Origin: an uncultured virus (IMG/VR IMGVR_UViG_2617271265_000001)
Taxonomy: Duplodnaviria > Heunggongvirae > Uroviricota > Caudoviricetes
Virus record (IMG/VR): IMGVR_UViG_2617271265_000001
DNA length: 20,000 nt
Reading direction: 5' to 3' (one strand)
Shown here: positions 15,885 to 20,000 of the stretch, one piece after another
How the letters are laid out: every line of letters begins with the position of its first letter
Position numbering within the stretch: the first letter of the stretch is position 1
Made by a program: the position numbers and the translations under genes
Notes under the pieces: generated by a model
The model's database searches: none
Told to the model about the DNA's origin: nothing
The model's input: the letters and a program-made list of their open reading frames with translations, nothing else

Positions 15885-18001
15885 TGACTTGGGAACAGGA
15901 ACGTGATCAGGTAATAGCTGAAAAACTGGCGCGCGAACCGGTGCGCCAGTTGTCGCCTTATGTCGTCAATAAGCCGACGCCGACAGGCTTAACGCCGAAT
16001 CAGTTTGAATTATTTCACTTTAACGAAGAGGCCTTTCCGTTCGTAAACCGCTATATCAGCGGTTTGCCGGATTATTTAAGCAAATATTTCGTGAAGCGCT
16101 ATATGCGCACTTTCCGCACCGACGGTCGCAAAGCGGCAAATACTTGGCTGCGGACAACGATGGATAAAGGCGTGTTATCTCGCGTTGAAGGTGTGATGAA
16201 ACGTTATCCGATCACCGTAAATATAAATAAACCGGCGGGATCGGTTTATACCTTTGGGGTGATTAAAGGCGCGCAAGTACTGCATAAAACAATCGGTTTA
16301 GATGAATTTTCTATTAATGATGTAGAGCATTTTTCTAAGGCGTTTGCTGATGAACTGCAGGAGATGGTTTATCAGTTTGAAGATAAATATATTCGCAACC
16401 GTAGTGAACCGGTGCAATCTGAAGGGGAAATCGACAGAATTTTTACCGCACTTTATCAAAAGATGGCGTATTACACCGAAATGAAAGGCGTTACGCCGCC
16501 GTTTTATGGGCAGTTCAAAAAAGGGTTGTTGAACGAAGAACGCGTCAATATTGCCATTGAAAAAATGCGCAGTGAAAACTGGTGGCATGCGCAGTTATTG
16601 GCAATCCGCTCACAAATTCGTGAACATTTGATGATTGCCGTCGGGCAGGTACAGCGTAAAGCCTCACCCTATGCCAGCCGTGAAGCGGTTGCCGAATGGC
16701 GCTTGATAAAGCGCAAAAGCCGCGAATTTATTAAACAGATGGCGCTGATCGACGAAGACGGTGAAGTAATTGAGTTAGCCGAGATGTTTTATAAAACCGT
16801 CTCGAACCCAGCAATTCGGCGCTGTGAATTGATGGTGCGGATGCGCGGATTCGAAGAAGTCGCGAAACACCTAAATTATGCCGGTGAGTTTTACACCTTA
16901 ACCGCGCCGAGCTGTTATCACGCGGTGCATAGCAGTGGCGGTTTCATTAAGCGATGGAATTTTGCCAGCCCGAAAGAGACGCAGGCTTATTTATGTAATG
17001 TGTTCGCGAAAATCCGCGCCTCACTTGCCCGCAAAGGGATCCGCCCGTTTGGTTTCCGCGTTGTCGAGCCACATCACGATGGCACGCCGCACTGGCATTT
17101 GCTGCTATTTGTGCGCCAAGAGGATGTGCAAACAATGCGTGATACATTTCGCCGCTACGCACTGGAAGTGGATGGGGATGAGCCGGGTGCGGCCGAACAT
17201 CGGTTTACGGCAAAAGCCATTGACTGGGATAAAGGCTCGGCAACCGGCTATATTGCCAAGTACATTGCCAAAAATATTGACGGCTATGCCTGTGACGATG
17301 ACAAAGATTCTGAAACCGGCGAAAGCCTGAAAGACATGTCGAAAAATGTGTCAGCATGGGCGGCGAAATGGCGTATCCGCCAGTTCCAGCAGATTGGTGG
17401 ATCGCCGGTGACGGTATGGCGTGAGTTGCGTCGGAAACGCGGCGGTGTCGTTGATGGTGACGATGCATTAACTCAATTAGTTGAGGCGGCGGATAAGGGT
17501 GATTGGGCAGCATACACCTTGTTGCAAGGCGGCCCGGCAGTTACTCGCGATCAGTTATTGGCGCGCACGGCCTACGAAGACCGTAAGCCGAATCAATATG
17601 GGGAGGTGTGCAAAAAAATTATTGGGTTCTTTAATCAAAAAGCCGCAGAGTTACGCACGATTCTGACCCGCACGAAAGTGTATCGGTTAATCAAAAAATC
17701 GCTTTTATCTCAAGATAAAGGCGAGCAGCGCGAGGCTTTAGAAAATAGCGACCAACGGTCGCCTTGGAGTTCTGTCAATAACTGTACGGGACAAAAAATA
17801 AACGATGTTAATGAATTTTTAAAATATCATGCCGAAGAGGTAAAAAATCTGCGTTTCTCGCTGGAATTACGACATATTCCGTCACGTTGGATCACGGATT
17901 ACCGGCTTTGCCGGTTAATTCAAGGCCATTCGGTTGATATTACTGCGGGCTATTCTATTTGTTGGAATGGGTATGAAGTGGAAATTAGGGAAAATTGTTA
18001 A
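15881..18001 (+). CDS. A: Rolling-circle replication endonuclease gpA
   Basis: RRCELMVRMRGFE, FYTLTAPS, EPHHDGTPHWH (HUH), GYIAKYIAKNIDG (two Tyr), WRIRQFQQIG motifs. Confidence 0.97.
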   Translation: MMTWEQERDQVIAEKLAREPVRQLSPYVVNKPTPTGLTPNQFELFHFNEEAFPFVNRYISGLPDYLSKYFVKRYMRTFRTDGRKAANTWLRTTMDKGVLSRVEGVMKRYPITVNINKPAGSVYTFGVIKGAQVLHKTIGLDEFSINDVEHFSKAFADELQEMVYQFEDKYIRNRSEPVQSEGEIDRIFTALYQKMAYYTEMKGVTPPFYGQFKKGLLNEERVNIAIEKMRSENWWHAQLLAIRSQIREHLMIAVGQVQRKASPYASREAVAEWRLIKRKSREFIKQMALIDEDGEVIELAEMFYKTVSNPAIRRCELMVRMRGFEEVAKHLNYAGEFYTLTAPSCYHAVHSSGGFIKRWNFASPKETQAYLCNVFAKIRASLARKGIRPFGFRVVEPHHDGTPHWHLLLFVRQEDVQTMRDTFRRYALEVDGDEPGAAEHRFTAKAIDWDKGSATGYIAKYIAKNIDGYACDDDKDSETGESLKDMSKNVSAWAAKWRIRQFQQIGGSPVTVWRELRRKRGGVVDGDDALTQLVEAADKGDWAAYTLLQGGPAVTRDQLLARTAYEDRKPNQYGEVCKKIIGFFNQKAAELRTILTRTKVYRLIKKSLLSQDKGEQREALENSDQRSPWSSVNNCTGQKINDVNEFLKYHAEEVKNLRFSLELRHIPSRWITDYRLCRLIQGHSVDITAGYSICWNGYEVEIRENC
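17759..17785 (+). other. ori: Replication origin (gpA nick site) within gene A
   Basis: TCGCCTTG-GAGTTCTGTCAATAACTGT closely matches the P2/186 ori sequence as recalled. Predicted nick between 17766 and 17767. Confidence 0.8.
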
Positions 18002-18022
18002 ATACATTAATGGAGAAGAAAA

Positions 18023-18697
18023 ATGATTGATTTCAGAAATGAAGATTGTTTGCAAGGAATAAAGCAATATCCAGATAAGTATTTTGACCTGGCCATTGTC
18101 GATCCACCCTACTTCCCCGGGCCAGAAAAACGCAAGTTTTATGGCAGGAAAGTAAGTCCAATTGGCGTTCAAAGGCTATATACCGAAACAGATACTTGGG
18201 AATTGCCGACGGCGGAATATTTTAACGAGTTATTCCGGGTCAGTAAAAATCAGATTATCTGGGGAGTGAATTATTTTAGTAATTATTCTTTCGGTCCGGG
18301 CCGTATCGTTTGGGATAAAGTAAACGGCAAATCGCCATTCAGCGACTGTGAAATTGCATACTGCAGTTTACACAACAGTGTCCGTCAGTTTAGGTATATG
18401 TGGAACGGTATGTTACAAGGTAAAAGCATCGAAGAAGGACATATTGCACAAGGAAACAAAAAACTGAATGAGAAACGAATTCATCCGACCCAAAAACCAG
18501 TGAATTTGTACAAATGGTTACTACAGAAATATGCTGTCCCTGGGCAGCTTATCCTTGACACTCATGTCGGCAGCGGGAGTAGCCTAATTGCTTGCCAGCA
18601 ATTAGGTTTTGATGTAACCGGATTCGAGCTTAACCAACATTATTTTACTGCAGCAAAAGAACGATTATGTGAGGATTTAAACGATGGTAACCAATGA
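18023..18697 (+). CDS. Orphan DNA amino-methyltransferase (N6A/N4C family, beta-type motif order)
   Basis: DCLQG, DLAIVDPPY (motif IV), HPTQKPV.L, ILDTHVGSGS (motif I), GFEL; no adjacent nuclease. Confidence 0.92.
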   Translation: MIDFRNEDCLQGIKQYPDKYFDLAIVDPPYFPGPEKRKFYGRKVSPIGVQRLYTETDTWELPTAEYFNELFRVSKNQIIWGVNYFSNYSFGPGRIVWDKVNGKSPFSDCEIAYCSLHNSVRQFRYMWNGMLQGKSIEEGHIAQGNKKLNEKRIHPTQKPVNLYKWLLQKYAVPGQLILDTHVGSGSSLIACQQLGFDVTGFELNQHYFTAAKERLCEDLNDGNQ

Positions 18698-18974
18698 ACA
18701 GGTGATGAAAAAATTAGTGGAGATTGAGGGGTTACTTCTTGCTGTTCAAGAAAAAGAATCAAAAGAACCTAAAGGTTTATGGGATATTCAAGATATCGCC
18801 GATTACAGCGGTTTTAGCTATCGTCACACTTACGGCAATATTATTTCCGATCCGAGGTTTCCCGCCCCGGTCAATTTACAATCACGCACAGGAGGAAAAT
18901 GTAAACCCCTTTTTGTGAAAGATGAAGTGATTGAGTTTTTCGTAAAAAATAAGAAGAAAAAGCATAGAATATAA
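18684..18974 (+). CDS. Excisionase/AlpA-like DNA-binding protein
   Basis: LWDIQDIADYSG, DPRFPAPV, LFVKDEVIEF winged-helix pattern; adjacent to the integrase. Confidence 0.78.
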   Translation: MVTNEQVMKKLVEIEGLLLAVQEKESKEPKGLWDIQDIADYSGFSYRHTYGNIISDPRFPAPVNLQSRTGGKCKPLFVKDEVIEFFVKNKKKKHRI

Positions 18975-18977
18975 AGG

Positions 18978-19009
18978 AAAGGCATTGGAAACAATGCCTT
19001 TATTTTTTT
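18978..19009. terminator. Terminator between convergent xis-like gene and integrase
   Basis: AAAGGCATTG-GAAA-CAATGCCTTT perfect 10-bp stem, followed by ATTTTTTT. Confidence 0.85.
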
Positions 19010-20000
19010 AATCAAGCATCTTGGCAATTTCTGACATATTAGGTGCATAATATGTGTTAAGTAAGATTTTTAGATCACGATGACCGCTGATTTTTGCCAA
19101 TGTCATAACTTCCACTTTTTTTGATAAACGGGTCAGGGCATCTCTTCTTGTGTCATGAAAATGTAAGTCGGCATCATTTAATCCTGCCTTTATTTTTAAC
19201 TTTCGGAACAAAGAACCCAGTACACTTGCCTTTAAACCAAAAACCAGTGATTCATCGTCATTTCGTTGCATTCTCTCAATAATTTTAATTGCGTTCTGTG
19301 TAAGCGGTACTGTGCGGGAGTGGCCGTTTTTAGTGAGAGGTAAAAAAGCCGTGCGATCAATTAGGTTTACATTTTCCCATGTTAGTGAACATATTTCTCC
19401 GGCTCGCATAGCCGTTTCCAATGCAAATAAAAACGCTGCACCAACAGCAGCATATTTTGTTTTAGGTTCTTCATCAAAAGTAAATCCTGATGCTTCAACA
19501 AGCACATTGATTTCTTGTTTGGTGTAGCAACGGGTGCGGGCTTTCGATTGTTCGGGTTTATCTAAACCATAAAGTGGATTCTTTTCAATATATCCCCATT
19601 TTACTGCTTGGGTTAATACCGCAGAAATTGCAATACGTTCACGTAATACACTTGCTGATGATACTTCTGATAGTCGTTTGTTCTGCCATTCGTTTAAATC
19701 CTGTTGGCTTAACTCATCCATCTCTATTTGTCCAAGCGAGGTACCACAAATTCTAAACAATCGTAGTTTTTCCTCGCGAGCCCCACGTTTTTTGACTGTA
19801 TATTCTTTGATATATCGGTCGATAACTTGAGAAAATGTTGTGTTGGCCAATGGATTATAATTGGCTAACTCAATTTCTTTTTCTAACGCTGCAGCCCATT
19901 TTTGAGCTTCTGATTTTGTTTCAAATTCAGCCGATTTACTTATGCCTTTTTTGCGCACTTGCGCGCGCCATTTGTTGTTTCTTTTGGTAAAAGTCGCCAT
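19008..20000 (-). CDS. int: Tyrosine recombinase / phage integrase
   Basis: N-terminal KWRAQVR arm-binding motif; catalytic R (TAMRAGE), K (TKNG), HDTR, SGH, TYY. ATG at the window edge. Confidence 0.96.
   Translation of the reverse strand: MATFTKRNNKWRAQVRKKGISKSAEFETKSEAQKWAAALEKEIELANYNPLANTTFSQVIDRYIKEYTVKKRGAREEKLRLFRICGTSLGQIEMDELSQQDLNEWQNKRLSEVSSASVLRERIAISAVLTQAVKWGYIEKNPLYGLDKPEQSKARTRCYTKQEINVLVEASGFTFDEEPKTKYAAVGAAFLFALETAMRAGEICSLTWENVNLIDRTAFLPLTKNGHSRTVPLTQNAIKIIERMQRNDDESLVFGLKASVLGSLFRKLKIKAGLNDADLHFHDTRRDALTRLSKKVEVMTLAKISGHRDLKILLNTYYAPNMSEIAKMLD

Larger units (their letters stand above)
1..20000. mobile_element. P2-like (Peduoviridae) prophage, partial: tail, immunity, replication and integration modules
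   Basis: Contiguous P2-type genes V,W,J,I,H,FI,FII,E/E',U,D, plus Ogr-like activator, HUH replication protein A with P2-type ori, and integrase at the right edge. Confidence 0.97.

Noticed and set aside
18023..18974. Restriction-modification system
   Set aside because: No endonuclease gene adjacent; the downstream ORF is Xis/AlpA-like.
436..19756. Remaining antisense and alternate-frame ORFs in the track (e.g. 436-741, 2261-2536, 10941-11321, 16935-17330, 19312-19527)
   Set aside because: They lie within well-supported phage genes and show no motifs.

Overview
The window is the right-hand part of a P2-like (Peduoviridae) prophage, very likely in a Pasteurellaceae host: it holds at least 8 perfect Haemophilus-type uptake-signal cores (AAGTGCGGT). 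Gene order: end of the tape measure gene; an AT-rich moron with its own promoter (unknown 184 aa protein, RelE/YafO-like toxin candidate, truncated HigA-like peptide); baseplate V-W-J-I; tail fibre with internal repeats and a fibre assembly gene; sheath, tube and E/E' (-1 frameshift); two unannotated micro membrane ORFs; U and D; a leftward immunity operon (S24-type CI, WYL-like/BRCT protein, excalibur protein, winged-helix-like protein with an apparent premature stop); and a rightward early operon (ribbon-helix-helix regulator, Ogr-like activator, small unknowns, rolling-circle Rep A with internal ori, orphan DNA methyltransferase, Xis-like protein) converging on a tyrosine integrase. The best candidates for a new system are the moron at 706-1931 and the genes translationally coupled to CI. 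All family calls rest on motif recognition and synteny; no database searches were run.
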